The notes under the pieces are model-generated. The model was not told the origin of the DNA. It saw nothing but the letters and a program-made list of their open reading frames with translations, and did no database searches. 52,523 nt of DNA. Origin: a virus (Duplodnaviria; Heunggongvirae; Uroviricota; Caudoviricetes). The stretch lies in IMG/VR virus record IMGVR_UViG_2537561965_000009; one strand, given 5' to 3'. This document shows positions 1 through 9,087 of the stretch, in pieces. The number at the start of each line of letters is the position of its first letter. Position 1 is the first letter of the stretch. The translations under genes were made by a program, and so were the position numbers.

Positions 1-1131
1 TCAAATGACCAGTTTTTTCCATTCCTTACCGCGTGCGTCGTTGTAAATATCGGTCATTTTTTGATTCGAATGGCCTAGCAAAATTTTGGTATCAACCCCC
101 TGCTCTCTGAACAATCGCTCTGATAAAGATCTCTGCTCATGGAAAGAGGGTGGGGTGCCATTAGCACGCCAGTTGTAATCCACAGAATCCCGGGCTTTTT
201 TAAATGCAACGGTTAATGTTGCTGGCTTAACCATCCCGCCGCGCTTAGCTGTCCCTTTCGCGTGATGGTGGTGCAATAGCCACGGACTAAGAACGCAATC
301 GCGGCAGGATGACACTACATCATCCAGGGTGAGATTTAATTTATCGCAACGCAGAGCCAGAGGGATGGCAATCCGGGTTCCTGTTTTTTGCTGTTCGACA
401 TGAAGATAACCATCCCGGATATCCGAAAATTGCATTTTGCAAATATCTGAAAGGCGCTGGCCTGTCATCAGTGCCAGCAGCATACCGCGCTGTAAAAAGT
501 AACCATCCTTTTCCGCTGCGTTATAAATCATCATCCACTCATCAAAAGTCAGTCGCTGTCTTGATATCCGCACCTGCGGTTTTTTTGCCGATTCTGCAGG
601 GTTAAAGCCTGGCGGGACATCGCCCGTTTGCTGAGCTTCCCGGAAAACATCGATCAGTACTTTCCTGAAAATTTGTCCCATTCTGTTATGTCCTCTGGCC
701 TTGTACTCTTCCAGTACTGATACCACATCTTTTACGGTTATGGCATCTAACGGTCTGGTGCCAAAACGTTCATCAAATACCCTGAGAGGGGCCGCTTTCT
801 GTTTCAGCGTGTTGAGTTTGATCTCGCCGTTTTCATATCTTTCCTGTTGAATTTTTCTGTAATTATTCAGAAAAATGGTAACGGTTGATGAACCGCCGGT
901 ATCACTAATAATTTTCTCCTGCAGACTGAGCATTTGTTCCATTTGCTGCCGGGCAAGACGGCTGTTCGCTTCTGCTGCAATAGTTTCTGCCAGTTTCTGG
1001 TCAATACTGCCGAGACCGTGATTTTTGCCTGTTATGGGATGCCTGTAACGCCAGTAAACTTTGTTATTTCTTTTGTCAAAATACGGAGATAATCCCGGAA
1101 CATCGGTTTTATATTTTCGCGGGCGCGCCAT
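1..1131 (-). CDS. int: phage integrase (tyrosine recombinase)
   Basis: 376-aa ORF with ATG at 1131 and stop at 1-3; leftmost prophage gene; its 5' end is overlapped by a small excisionase-like ORF. Confidence 0.85.
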   Translation of the reverse strand: MARPRKYKTDVPGLSPYFDKRNNKVYWRYRHPITGKNHGLGSIDQKLAETIAAEANSRLARQQMEQMLSLQEKIISDTGGSSTVTIFLNNYRKIQQERYENGEIKLNTLKQKAAPLRVFDERFGTRPLDAITVKDVVSVLEEYKARGHNRMGQIFRKVLIDVFREAQQTGDVPPGFNPAESAKKPQVRISRQRLTFDEWMMIYNAAEKDGYFLQRGMLLALMTGQRLSDICKMQFSDIRDGYLHVEQQKTGTRIAIPLALRCDKLNLTLDDVVSSCRDCVLSPWLLHHHHAKGTAKRGGMVKPATLTVAFKKARDSVDYNWRANGTPPSFHEQRSLSERLFREQGVDTKILLGHSNQKMTDIYNDARGKEWKKLVI

Positions 1132-1357
1132 CTTCCAGTATCCTCTTCAAAGCAGGGTGATCTGTGGCGATCACCTCCGGCTTGTTTACCATTCCGACAA
1201 AGCGAGCTTGCGGATCCACTCGCCAGCGTCTCCCAACTTTTTTGGGGAGAGGAAATATCATTCCGGCTTTAGCGTATTTACTTAACGTACTCGGAGTAGG
1301 GACCGGTTCACTGAATTCCTCTTTTGCCCACTCAGTGAGCAGAATAAGTCTTGCCAT
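1109..1357 (-). CDS. xis: excisionase-like DNA-binding protein
   Basis: 82-aa basic ORF directly upstream of and overlapping int (ATG at 1357); contains a KKVGRRWRV-type motif typical of small Xis/AlpA-like proteins. Confidence 0.7.
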   Translation of the reverse strand: MARLILLTEWAKEEFSEPVPTPSTLSKYAKAGMIFPLPKKVGRRWRVDPQARFVGMVNKPEVIATDHPALKRILEDGAPAKI

Positions 1358-1421
1358 GAGCGTCGTTCGCTAATCATGGTCGCCGCCACTATAGCTGGTG
1401 GGCAACGACCGGGGTTGAACA

Positions 1422-3893
1422 TTAAAAATCAGCCTGATTCGGGATCAGTTTTTGCCAGATAACTGAAACGTATTTTGCCTGGTAACGGGCGTCATCAAGT
1501 GCATTATGGCGCTCACCTTCGAATGGAATAGCCGTTCTGGCATCGAAGTCTATGGCTTTCCCCAGCTCAACGATTGTGCGTACATCGCGATCGTTGTAGT
1601 AACGCCATGGGCAGGGGATCCCCTGCCGTTCGTATGAACGGCGCAAAATCGTGTTGTCGAAGTTGGCTCCATTTCCCCAGACCTGAACAAAAAATTCGCC
1701 GGAGTTTTCGTCGATAAATTCCCGCAATTGCAGCAGTGCATCATCTAACGGGATTTCATCGGTCAGAATGGCAGATTGCGCCTCCCGTGATTGCTTAAGC
1801 CACCATTTAATGGTGCCACGATCAATGACTCCGCCAGCAGTATCCATATCGATGGTCTTACTAAATTCCGGCCCCATATCTCCGGTTTGCGGATCGAAAA
1901 ATATTGCACCTATTGAGATAAGCGGGGCATCGGGATTTTTTCCCATGGTTTCAAGGTTGATCATCATGTGGTGCCACATTCTGCTGGTGGATGTGATAAC
2001 GTGATGACCGTTCATCGCAATTAAGGGATCTGCCGTCTCGCCAGTTTCACTATCGCTGGCGTGATCCTGAGCGCTACCAGCATTCTCCTTGTGTGGATGT
2101 TCAGCGCCTTCCATTTCCTTCGGATCATTTTCCTGAACTTCAACCTGATTCTCTTCATCGAATGTTTCCTGGTATGTTGCGTCGCCCATTACCGCGCCAC
2201 AATCAGGGCAGTTGCCACCACCGCTTTGACCGCAGGCGGTGCAGACTTTTTCCGGTTCCTGTTGCGCTACTGGCTCAGGTTGTTTCGTTTCTGGCTCGTT
2301 TTGTAACGCATTTGGGCTGTTTTGTTCCGCTTTCTGGCCGTTCTGTTCCGTTTCTTGTTGGTTCTGATTCACTGAATCGCGGGTTTCAATCCCCTTCACC
2401 CATTTCGGATCATTCGGGTCGCTAATCCCTGCAACAAATTCACCACGTGATACAGCAAGCAACTTATTGGCGTCAGGCTGGCTGATATTGGCTGCCTGCA
2501 TAATTTTGTTTACTTCGTCAGCGGTAACTTTTACCGGCTCTGGTTGTGCGATCGTGTCAGATGCACCAGTATTTTGTTGTGAACCTGAGTATGTACTGTT
2601 TTTGCGGGCGAAATATTCTTCTTTCGTGATTTCAGTAGCCCCGGCAGCCAGCGCCTTATCCAGACCAGAAAGTTTGTTTGCGCGACCGTATTTTTCGCCA
2701 TCCTTGTCGGTGAAGAGGAAGTAGAACGGCCCTTCACGCTCTACAGATGGTTCGACTTCCACTTTGCATTCGGTTTTTTCGTTGTCCGGAATTGCCGTTT
2801 CCACTGCATCAGTTTCTGGTACTGGCGACGAGAGAGTATCAGTTGCGCTCTGATTTCTTCCTTCATCTTCAAACACGCCCTTTGTAGTCAGGTATTCAGT
2901 AATGTATTTGTTCAGTGCCACAGGGTCTTTGTGAATGTCGATCGGACGTTCACGGACAAGGCCAAAAATAGTCTGGCGGTCGTAGCGAAGGGCATCAGGC
3001 TGTTTGCGCATTGATGCCGAGATACGCTTCCAGTCTTCGCGGTCGTTGTCGATAACTTCATTTTTTGCCCAGCGATGGATGCTGCCGTCAATGTTTCCGG
3101 CATCCACATCACCAGGCCAGAGAGCGTAGGCCAGTTCGTCATCCAGTGTTTTCCATGTCTGCTTGTATTCGCGATGAATGGCAGCAATGACCGGGCTGAT
3201 TTTTCCTGTTGAATTTTCACTGTGCTGTTGATTGGTTCTGGCGCGGGCGAGATCAACAACAGACGTGTATTTTCCGGTTTCCTTGCGTTCACCTTCGCGA
3301 CGTTTTTTCCAGATGCGCATCTCTGCCTGAATTTCGGGCCATTTGGCACCAGGCTTACATTTATGCTTAACCCACCCGATGGCATGCAGCTTAAGCTCCG
3401 GATACATGGCGTTAACTTCTGGCATTTTCATCAACGCTTCAACGATATGTCCGTCGAATGTTGCCATGTCTTCCTGCAACAATTCCTGTGCGCTAATAAC
3501 CATATCAACGGTGATGTTTTCACATGTGTCGAACTTAACCATGACAGCGTTCTGTACTTCAGGGGACAGCTTGTCAAAATTGACGTTCATCGGATCGGAT
3601 TCTGGTTCGACCGGAATAAAGGAAGCGGATTCCTCATCCCAGCGGTTTTCCTGCATATATTCAGCATCCCAGGAATCGAGGGCAGGGCGGGGTATACCGG
3701 GTTTATCCTCGCAGACAAGAAATTTATAAGCGCAGTCCTGAGCAGCCGGATAATGTTCCAGGAATTGCCAGTGAAATTTTGCGCGGGCGCGACGTTCATC
3801 ACCGGCTTCAATGGCAGTGGCTACAGCGACGGCACCTTCTTCCTTTATTGCCTGTTCGTCCGGAATGGCGGCGCAAATAAAGACTTTACTCAT
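1422..3893 (-). CDS. large prophage exonuclease (often annotated exodeoxyribonuclease VIII-like); C-terminal DnaQ-like 3'-5' exonuclease motifs
   Basis: 823-aa ORF, GAGG Shine-Dalgarno before ATG 3893; C-terminal domain has Exo II-like GNGANFDNTIL and Exo III-like HNALDDARYQA motifs; central Cys4 cluster CTACGQSGGGNCPDCG; acidic linker. Confidence 0.6.
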   Translation of the reverse strand: MSKVFICAAIPDEQAIKEEGAVAVATAIEAGDERRARAKFHWQFLEHYPAAQDCAYKFLVCEDKPGIPRPALDSWDAEYMQENRWDEESASFIPVEPESDPMNVNFDKLSPEVQNAVMVKFDTCENITVDMVISAQELLQEDMATFDGHIVEALMKMPEVNAMYPELKLHAIGWVKHKCKPGAKWPEIQAEMRIWKKRREGERKETGKYTSVVDLARARTNQQHSENSTGKISPVIAAIHREYKQTWKTLDDELAYALWPGDVDAGNIDGSIHRWAKNEVIDNDREDWKRISASMRKQPDALRYDRQTIFGLVRERPIDIHKDPVALNKYITEYLTTKGVFEDEGRNQSATDTLSSPVPETDAVETAIPDNEKTECKVEVEPSVEREGPFYFLFTDKDGEKYGRANKLSGLDKALAAGATEITKEEYFARKNSTYSGSQQNTGASDTIAQPEPVKVTADEVNKIMQAANISQPDANKLLAVSRGEFVAGISDPNDPKWVKGIETRDSVNQNQQETEQNGQKAEQNSPNALQNEPETKQPEPVAQQEPEKVCTACGQSGGGNCPDCGAVMGDATYQETFDEENQVEVQENDPKEMEGAEHPHKENAGSAQDHASDSETGETADPLIAMNGHHVITSTSRMWHHMMINLETMGKNPDAPLISIGAIFFDPQTGDMGPEFSKTIDMDTAGGVIDRGTIKWWLKQSREAQSAILTDEIPLDDALLQLREFIDENSGEFFVQVWGNGANFDNTILRRSYERQGIPCPWRYYNDRDVRTIVELGKAIDFDARTAIPFEGERHNALDDARYQAKYVSVIWQKLIPNQADF

Positions 3894-3988
3894 TTTGTTT
3901 TAACCTCATTACAGATTTCAGGGTGAACGAATCCCTGCCATTGCTGGCATTTTTAATCCGTTGGTATGGCGTTAATATGGCTGGCGGG

Positions 3989-4177
3989 TTATCCAGCCGG
4001 TATTTCGTTATTCAGGTTCAGCGATACTTTTTTTAACGGGAGGCATTCACCGGGGATTTTTTGTTCGTCCCTTACCTGAATGCAGGATGACTTACTGTCA
4101 TAAATTCCGGTAATCACATTTTGTGGCTCACCCGTTATAAGAAAAACGGTCATCACCAGTGCAAATGCTGAAGTCAC
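3989..4177 (-). CDS. ydfD: small YdfD-like prophage protein
   Basis: 62-aa ORF (GTG start overlapping dicB stop as GTGA); hydrophobic N-terminus; same position and size as ydfD downstream of dicB in Qin-type prophages. Confidence 0.5.
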   Translation of the reverse strand: MTSAFALVMTVFLITGEPQNVITGIYDSKSSCIQVRDEQKIPGECLPLKKVSLNLNNEIPAG

Positions 4178-4362
4178 TGCTGTTCTCCGATAATACCAAG
4201 TTCAAGAAGGGCAATTCTGGAAAGTATGGAATTATCATTGAGAAGATAAGGTTCATATTTTCTCATCTTAATGGCATCTTCCGTAAACTCCCGGTTACTG
4301 AGCAGAACACCAATATCAAAACAACCTTCAGACGTATTAACGTTTGGTAATAACGTTTCCAT
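4174..4362 (-). CDS. dicB: cell-division inhibitor DicB-like protein
   Basis: 62-aa product METLLPNVNTSEGCFDIGV... recognised as DicB-like from memory; GAGG SD before ATG 4362; lies downstream of the DicF sRNA sequence. Confidence 0.65.
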   Translation of the reverse strand: METLLPNVNTSEGCFDIGVLLSNREFTEDAIKMRKYEPYLLNDNSILSRIALLELGIIGEQQ

Positions 4363-4521
4363 TATCGCGTCCTCAACAATGAATTTTGTGATGCGGTGCC
4401 TGGTGCCTCCAGGTGACGTTAACCAGTTAACAATTAACGCCGGATACAGAGAATCCACCCATAACACTGTTTTTGGTTTTAACTGTTCCGCGTGCGCTCA
4501 GCCGCATTCACCACATCACAA

Positions 4522-4579
4522 AATTCACTTTAAAAAGGGCGGCAGAGCAGTCACGGAGTAAAACTGATACCGCCAAACG
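4522..4579 (-). ncRNA. dicF: DicF small regulatory RNA
   Basis: Minus-strand sequence UUUCUGGUGACGUUUGGCGGUAUCAGUUUUACUCCGUGACUGCUCUGCCGCCC followed by a U-run matches the DicF sRNA as I recall it; located between ydfC-like and dicB-like genes as in Qin. Confidence 0.6.
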
Positions 4580-4927
4580 TCACCAGAAAATTGATAACAG
4601 AGGGCGTTGCAGCGGAGTTGTCACTTAAGCGTATGGTCAACCTGACAACCCGGTGTCCTCAACGGAGGAAGGAATAACCCCGCCATACTTACCGCCGCGC
4701 CATTTCGCGGAGTGCCACAACCGGAAGCGCACGGTCGAACTAAATTTAACGACACCGTACAGAGAGACCAATTTCGCCGTGCGCTTTCGCTTTATGCCCT
4801 GACTTTTCAGGGACATATCCTTTCAGTAAACTGTCAGTGCCGGATGTTCACCCGTGTCCGGCGCACGCACTCCACCTGACCCGTGGAGAACTCCTTAATT
4901 ACCAACCTTAGCTTCGTTGGTTAGCTA

Positions 4928-5146
4928 TTAACGCGGGTATGTAACCATTCTGGCAATGCTTAATGCCGCTGCTTTTTCCAGCCTGGTGATATCCTGCTCC
5001 AGAGCGGACAGATTTTCAGCCTGCTTAGTCCTGGCTTCATTGGCCCATTTCAGATCCTGCGCTGCATTAATTTTCTGGCGCATCCACTCATAAAGTTCAT
5101 CATCGGTATAGTCTGGCGCGATGATGACGGGTTCTCGTTTCTGCAT
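4928..5146 (-). CDS. ydfC: YdfC-like small prophage protein
   Basis: 72-aa ORF, same size and operon position as ydfC in the Qin dicB operon. Confidence 0.5.
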   Translation of the reverse strand: MQKREPVIIAPDYTDDELYEWMRQKINAAQDLKWANEARTKQAENLSALEQDITRLEKAAALSIARMVTYPR

Positions 5147-5175
5147 ACTGATTCCTCGCGGTGCTGCTTCGCTTA

Positions 5176-5304
5176 TCAGCCGTTAGATTTTGCCGAGCTG
5201 GAAAGCGCCTGTTTAAACTCACTGAAGCTGAGAGCTTCTTCGCCTTCGGCAAGGCCTTCGAAGTATTCTTCGTAAGCCTTTTCCATGATTGTGTCGAAAT
5301 CCAT
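5176..5304 (-). CDS. ydfB: YdfB-like small acidic protein
   Basis: 42-aa ORF MDFDTIMEKAYEEYFEGLAEGEEALSFSEFKQALSSSAKSNG found by manual translation (below the 60-aa cutoff of the ORF track); size and position match ydfB. Confidence 0.45.
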   Translation of the reverse strand: MDFDTIMEKAYEEYFEGLAEGEEALSFSEFKQALSSSAKSNG

Positions 5305-5305
5305 A

Positions 5306-5461
5306 TCACTCACCTGAGTTTCTTTCCAGCCAGCGACGGGCACCATTTTCGGTTTTAAACGTTTTGCTTTTGGTATACGTCATTGCGGTGAACGTGCCGT
5401 CCTGGTTGGGGAACACGCCACATACCAGAGATTCGCTGTTGCCAAGATCGATAGTATCCAT
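5306..5461 (-). CDS. ydfA: YdfA-like (DUF1391-type) small protein
   Basis: 51-aa ORF MDTIDLGNSESLVCGVFPNQDGTFTAMTYTKSKTF... with GAGG SD; first gene of the leftward early operon. Confidence 0.5.
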   Translation of the reverse strand: MDTIDLGNSESLVCGVFPNQDGTFTAMTYTKSKTFKTENGARRWLERNSGE

Positions 5462-5627
5462 GCTGACCTCATTTCCCCTTAACGCCGGGGGAGCGGAACA
5501 AAAACCTGCTGCATAGTTATTAAAGTTGAACCCTGCCGTCATGTTCTTACGCCTCGGGCTGGCTACTTAACCCCTGACCACTGCCTGGTAACTCGAGGTA
5601 TTGCCCTGTATTGTGTGGGACGGGATG

Positions 5628-5635
5628 GGTTGGTA
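5628..5635. repeat. target-site duplication GGTTGGTA (left copy)
   Basis: 8-bp direct repeat identical to 8335-8342, immediately flanking the IS66-family element. Confidence 0.8.
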
Positions 5636-5688
5636 GTAACCGGCTCATTTAAACCGTCTGGTCTGTTTCCTCCGGCTCTACAAAAATA

Positions 5689-6366
5689 ATGTCCATCATT
5701 TTTAATGGACACTATCGTATGAAACACCGGACCTGGATCACTGAAGCTTTACGTCTTCACTTTGAAGAACATTTACCCCGGGTTGTGGCCGGGCGTCGCC
5801 TGGGTGTACCAAAATCAACAGTTTGTAGTATGTTCGTGCGCTTTCGGAGAGCTGGCCTTTCGTGGCCTTTGCCCGCAGGCATGTCGGAGCAGGAACTTGA
5901 TGCCTGCCTTTACGGACAATTTTCCACGGTACCAGTCGTACGTCCTGAAAGCACCGTTATATCCGAAGCCCCCGTGGTAAAAAAACGTCCCCGGCGGCCC
6001 AACTTCCCTTATGAGTTTAAAATCGCCTTAGTGGAGCAGTCACTGCAGCCCGGAGCCTGTGTGGCGCAGATCGCCCGGGAAAACGGAATCAACGATAACC
6101 TGCTCTTCAACTGGCGCCATCAATACCGGAAAGGTGGCCTGCTGCCTTCCGGAAAAAATATGCCGGCACTGCTTCCCGTGACGTTAACGCCGGAGCCGGA
6201 TAATAAAATCCCGGCCCCCGCACAGGAACCAGAGCAGATAAATACACCGTCCGACAGTCTGTGTTGTGAGCTGGTTCTGCCGGCCGGAACTCTCAGGCTT
6301 AAAGGTAAACTGACGCCGGCGTTATTACAGACACTTATCCGCGAAATAAAAGGGAGCAGCCACTGA
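5689..6366 (+). CDS. IS66-family accessory protein TnpA (HTH)
   Basis: 225-aa ORF with IS3/IS66 orfA-like HTH segment FKIALVEQSLQPGACVAQIARENGINDNLLFNWRHQYRKGG; stop overlaps start of tnpB. Confidence 0.7.
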   Translation: MSIIFNGHYRMKHRTWITEALRLHFEEHLPRVVAGRRLGVPKSTVCSMFVRFRRAGLSWPLPAGMSEQELDACLYGQFSTVPVVRPESTVISEAPVVKKRPRRPNFPYEFKIALVEQSLQPGACVAQIARENGINDNLLFNWRHQYRKGGLLPSGKNMPALLPVTLTPEPDNKIPAPAQEPEQINTPSDSLCCELVLPAGTLRLKGKLTPALLQTLIREIKGSSH

Positions 6367-6713
6367 TGATATCTCTCCCTGCAGGTTCGCGTATCTGGCT
6401 GGTTGCAGGTATCACCGATATGCGAAATGGCTTTAACGGCCTGGCATCAAAAGTTCAGAACGTCCTGAAGGATGACCCGTTCTCCGGACACCTGTTCATC
6501 TTCCGCGGACGCCGGGGTGACCAGATAAAAGTGTTGTGGGCTGACAGTGACGGACTGTGCCTCTTCACCAAACGCCTGGAGCGGGGCCGCTTCGTCTGGC
6601 CAGTCACCCGTGACGGCAAGGTGCACCTTACTCCGGCTCAGTTATCCATGCTTCTTGAAGGTATCAACTGGAAGCACCCGAAACGAACGGAACGCGCTGG
6701 AATCCGCATATAA
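6366..6713 (+). CDS. IS66-family TnpB
   Basis: 115-aa ORF MISLPAGSRIWLVAGITDMRNGFNGL... characteristic of IS66 orfB. Confidence 0.8.
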   Translation: MISLPAGSRIWLVAGITDMRNGFNGLASKVQNVLKDDPFSGHLFIFRGRRGDQIKVLWADSDGLCLFTKRLERGRFVWPVTRDGKVHLTPAQLSMLLEGINWKHPKRTERAGIRI

Positions 6714-6732
6714 CCCGTTGTAAAGTGAGGAT

Positions 6733-8304
6733 ATGGACACCTCACTTGCTCATGAGAACGCCCGCCTGCGGGCACTGTTGCAGACGCAACAGGACACCAT
6801 CCGCCAGATGGCCGAATATAACCGCCTGCTCTCACTGCGGGTGGCGGCTTATGCTTCCGAAATCAACCGGCTGAAGGCGCTGGTTGCGAAACTGCAACGT
6901 ATGCAGTTCGGTAAAAGCTCAGAAAAACTTCGTGCAAAAACCGAACGGCAGATACAGGAAGCACAGGAGCGAATCAGCGCACTTCAGGAAGAAATGGCGG
7001 AAACGCTGGGTGAGCAATATGACCCGGTACTGCCATCCGCCCTGCGCCAGTCTTCAGCCCGTAAACCGTTACCGGCCTCACTTCCCCGTGAAACCCGGGT
7101 TATCCGGCCGGAAGAGGAATGCTGTCCTGCCTGTGGTGGTGAACTCAGTTCTCTGGGATGTGATGTGTCAGAGCAACTGGAGCTTATCAGCAGCGCCTTT
7201 AAGGTTATCGAAACACAACGTCCGAAACAGGCCTGTTGCCGGTGCGACCATATCGTGCAGGCACCAGTACCTTCAAAACCCATTGCACGCAGTTATGCCG
7301 GAGCGGGGCTTCTGGCCCATGTTGTCACCGGGAAATATGCAGACCATCTGCCGTTATACCGCCAGTCAGAAATATACCGTCGTCAGGGAGTGGAGCTGAG
7401 CCGTGCCACACTGGGGCGCTGGACAGGTGCTGTTGCTGAACTGCTGGAGCCGCTGTATGACGTCCTGCGCCAGTATGTGCTGATGCCCGGTAAAGTCCAT
7501 GCTGATGATATCCCCGTCCCGGTCCAGGAGCCGGGCAGCGGTAAAACCCGGACAGCCCGGCTGTGGGTCTACGTCCGTGATGACCGTAACGCCGGTTCAC
7601 AGATGCCCCCGGCGGTCTGGTTCGCGTACAGTCCGGACCGGAAAGGTATCCATCCACAAAATCACCTGGCCGGTTACAGCGGTGTGCTTCAGGCCGATGC
7701 TTACGGTGGTTACCGGGCGTTATACGAATCCGGCAGAATAACGGAAGCCGCGTGTATGGCTCATGCCCGGAGAAAAATCCACGATGTGCATGCAAGAGCG
7801 CCCACCTACATCACCACGGAAGCCCTGCAGCGTATCGGTGAACTGTATGCCATCGAGGCAGAGGTCCGGGGCTGTTCAGCAGAACAGCGTCTGGCGGCAA
7901 GAAAAGCCAGAGCCGCGCCACTGATGCAGTCACTGTATGACTGGATACAGCAACAGATGAAAACACTGTCGCGTCACTCAGATACGGCAAAAGCGTTCGC
8001 ATACCTGCTGAAACAGTGGGATGCACTGAACGTGTACTGCAGTAATGGCTGGGTGGAAATCGACAACAACATCGCAGAGAACGCCTTACGGGGAGTGGCC
8101 GTAGGCCGGAAAAACTGGATGTTCGCGGGTTCCGACAGCGGTGGTGAACATGCGGCGGTGTTGTACTCGCTGATCGGCACATGCCGTCTGAACAATGTGG
8201 AGCCAGAAAAGTGGCTGCGTTACGTCATTGAACATATCCAGGACTGGCCGGCAAACCGGGTACGCGATCTGTTGCCCTGGAAAGTTGATCTGAGCTCTCA
8301 GTAA
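6733..8304 (+). CDS. IS66-family transposase TnpC
   Basis: 523-aa ORF with N-terminal coiled-coil and Cys-rich CPACG...CCRC region typical of IS66 transposases. Confidence 0.85.
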   Translation: MDTSLAHENARLRALLQTQQDTIRQMAEYNRLLSLRVAAYASEINRLKALVAKLQRMQFGKSSEKLRAKTERQIQEAQERISALQEEMAETLGEQYDPVLPSALRQSSARKPLPASLPRETRVIRPEEECCPACGGELSSLGCDVSEQLELISSAFKVIETQRPKQACCRCDHIVQAPVPSKPIARSYAGAGLLAHVVTGKYADHLPLYRQSEIYRRQGVELSRATLGRWTGAVAELLEPLYDVLRQYVLMPGKVHADDIPVPVQEPGSGKTRTARLWVYVRDDRNAGSQMPPAVWFAYSPDRKGIHPQNHLAGYSGVLQADAYGGYRALYESGRITEAACMAHARRKIHDVHARAPTYITTEALQRIGELYAIEAEVRGCSAEQRLAARKARAAPLMQSLYDWIQQQMKTLSRHSDTAKAFAYLLKQWDALNVYCSNGWVEIDNNIAENALRGVAVGRKNWMFAGSDSGGEHAAVLYSLIGTCRLNNVEPEKWLRYVIEHIQDWPANRVRDLLPWKVDLSSQ

Positions 8305-8334
8305 ATATCAATACGGTTCTGACGAGTCGCTTAC

Positions 8335-8342
8335 GGTTGGTA
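8335..8342. repeat. target-site duplication GGTTGGTA (right copy)
   Basis: Identical to 5628-5635. Confidence 0.8.
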
Positions 8343-8349
8343 TGGGAAA

Positions 8350-8378
8350 ACTATAGGAAATGCCTAATTACTTGTCAA
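8350..8378 (-). promoter_or_regulatory. candidate leftward early promoter (PL-like)
   Basis: On the minus strand TTGACA (8378-8373), 17-bp spacer, TATAGT (8355-8350); overlaps operator-like palindromes; predicted start about 8343, right at the IS66 insertion point. Confidence 0.5.
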
Positions 8379-8395
8379 TAGGCTATGCCTAATAA
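8358..8395. promoter_or_regulatory. operator-like palindromes (OL-like)
   Basis: ATAGGCTATGCCTAAT and TGCCTAAT half-sites; the 22-bp TTGTCAATAGGCTATGCCTAAT is the exact reverse complement of 9016-9037 on the other side of the repressor gene. Confidence 0.55.
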
Positions 8396-8486
8396 TTTGG
8401 GCGCGACCTAATAGGTGATGGTTTGTGGGAGAGGTAGTAGGAGTTAACTAACGGGAACTAGGAATTTCCCGTCGGACCATATAAGT

Positions 8487-8963
8487 TTAAGTTCCTGTCT
8501 TGGTGATGTTCTGGCTTTTCCGTTTTGATTCTTGATTTTTCAGATAGTTAGCTACCTTCATTTCCATTGCGGCAATGTAGGCGCGAACGTCATGATCAAC
8601 CCAACTAGGCTCCGTAGCATTTCCAGATAAGAGGAAAGCCACAATTGCTCTTTTTTCATCAGAGGCGGCTTGATAAAGGCTGTTTATGTCTAAAAGTTCA
8701 CTTTTTGTATCTGAAGTGGATGGGGTTGGTATGGGGTATTCGTTAAGCCCCCAATGCTCTGGACCAACCACATCAGAAAAGAAACGCCATAGTTCTGGAA
8801 GTTTGTCTTTACTTATCGAACCTTTCTTAATCCAGTCATGGATTGATGGTGGTTGGACTTTGAAATGACGTGCGATTTCCGCCTTTGATTTGACGGCTCC
8901 TGATGCAATTTTTTTGTTAATGGCCTGCTCAATCGCTCGGCCTAAGTCTTTACCACTAAGCAT
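8487..8963 (-). CDS. prophage repressor, short HTH protein without LexA-like peptidase domain (RacR-like)
   Basis: 158-aa ORF with N-terminal HTH-like segment (AEIARHFKVQPPSIHDWIKKG); AGGAG SD; divergent from a cro-like gene and flanked by two operator sets. Confidence 0.65.
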   Translation of the reverse strand: MLSGKDLGRAIEQAINKKIASGAVKSKAEIARHFKVQPPSIHDWIKKGSISKDKLPELWRFFSDVVGPEHWGLNEYPIPTPSTSDTKSELLDINSLYQAASDEKRAIVAFLLSGNATEPSWVDHDVRAYIAAMEMKVANYLKNQESKRKSQNITKTGT

Positions 8964-9015
8964 TGCTTAATAGTCTCCTATGCGCATCGCGTTAGGCAAT
9001 CCCTACTCTCGATGT

Positions 9016-9060
9016 ATTAGGCATAGCCTATTGACAATTGCATTAGGCTAAGCCTAATAT
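9016..9060 (+). promoter_or_regulatory. OR-like operators with rightward promoter (PR-like)
   Basis: Palindromes ATTAGGCATAGCCTAT and the perfect 17-bp ATTAGGCTAAGCCTAAT; TTGACA at 9031-9036 and TAATAT at 9055-9060 (18-bp spacer) upstream of the cro-like gene. Confidence 0.55.
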
Positions 9061-9087
9061 TGTTGCGTGTTTTTTGGAGTTCATTCG

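Larger units (their letters stand above)
5636..8334 (+). mobile_element. IS66-family insertion sequence (complete, three ORFs)
   Basis: 2699-bp element with imperfect terminal inverted repeats starting GTAACCGGCTC... (left) and ending ...GAGTCGCTTAC (right), flanked by a perfect 8-bp direct repeat; encodes the tnpA/tnpB/tnpC triplet typical of IS66. Confidence 0.85.

Noticed and set aside
6884-8195. Several ORFs of 73-171 aa overlapping the IS66 transposase gene on both strands
   Set aside because: Alternative-frame or antisense ORFs inside a well-supported 523-aa transposase gene; Arg/Pro/Ser-rich translations typical of GC-rich out-of-frame reading
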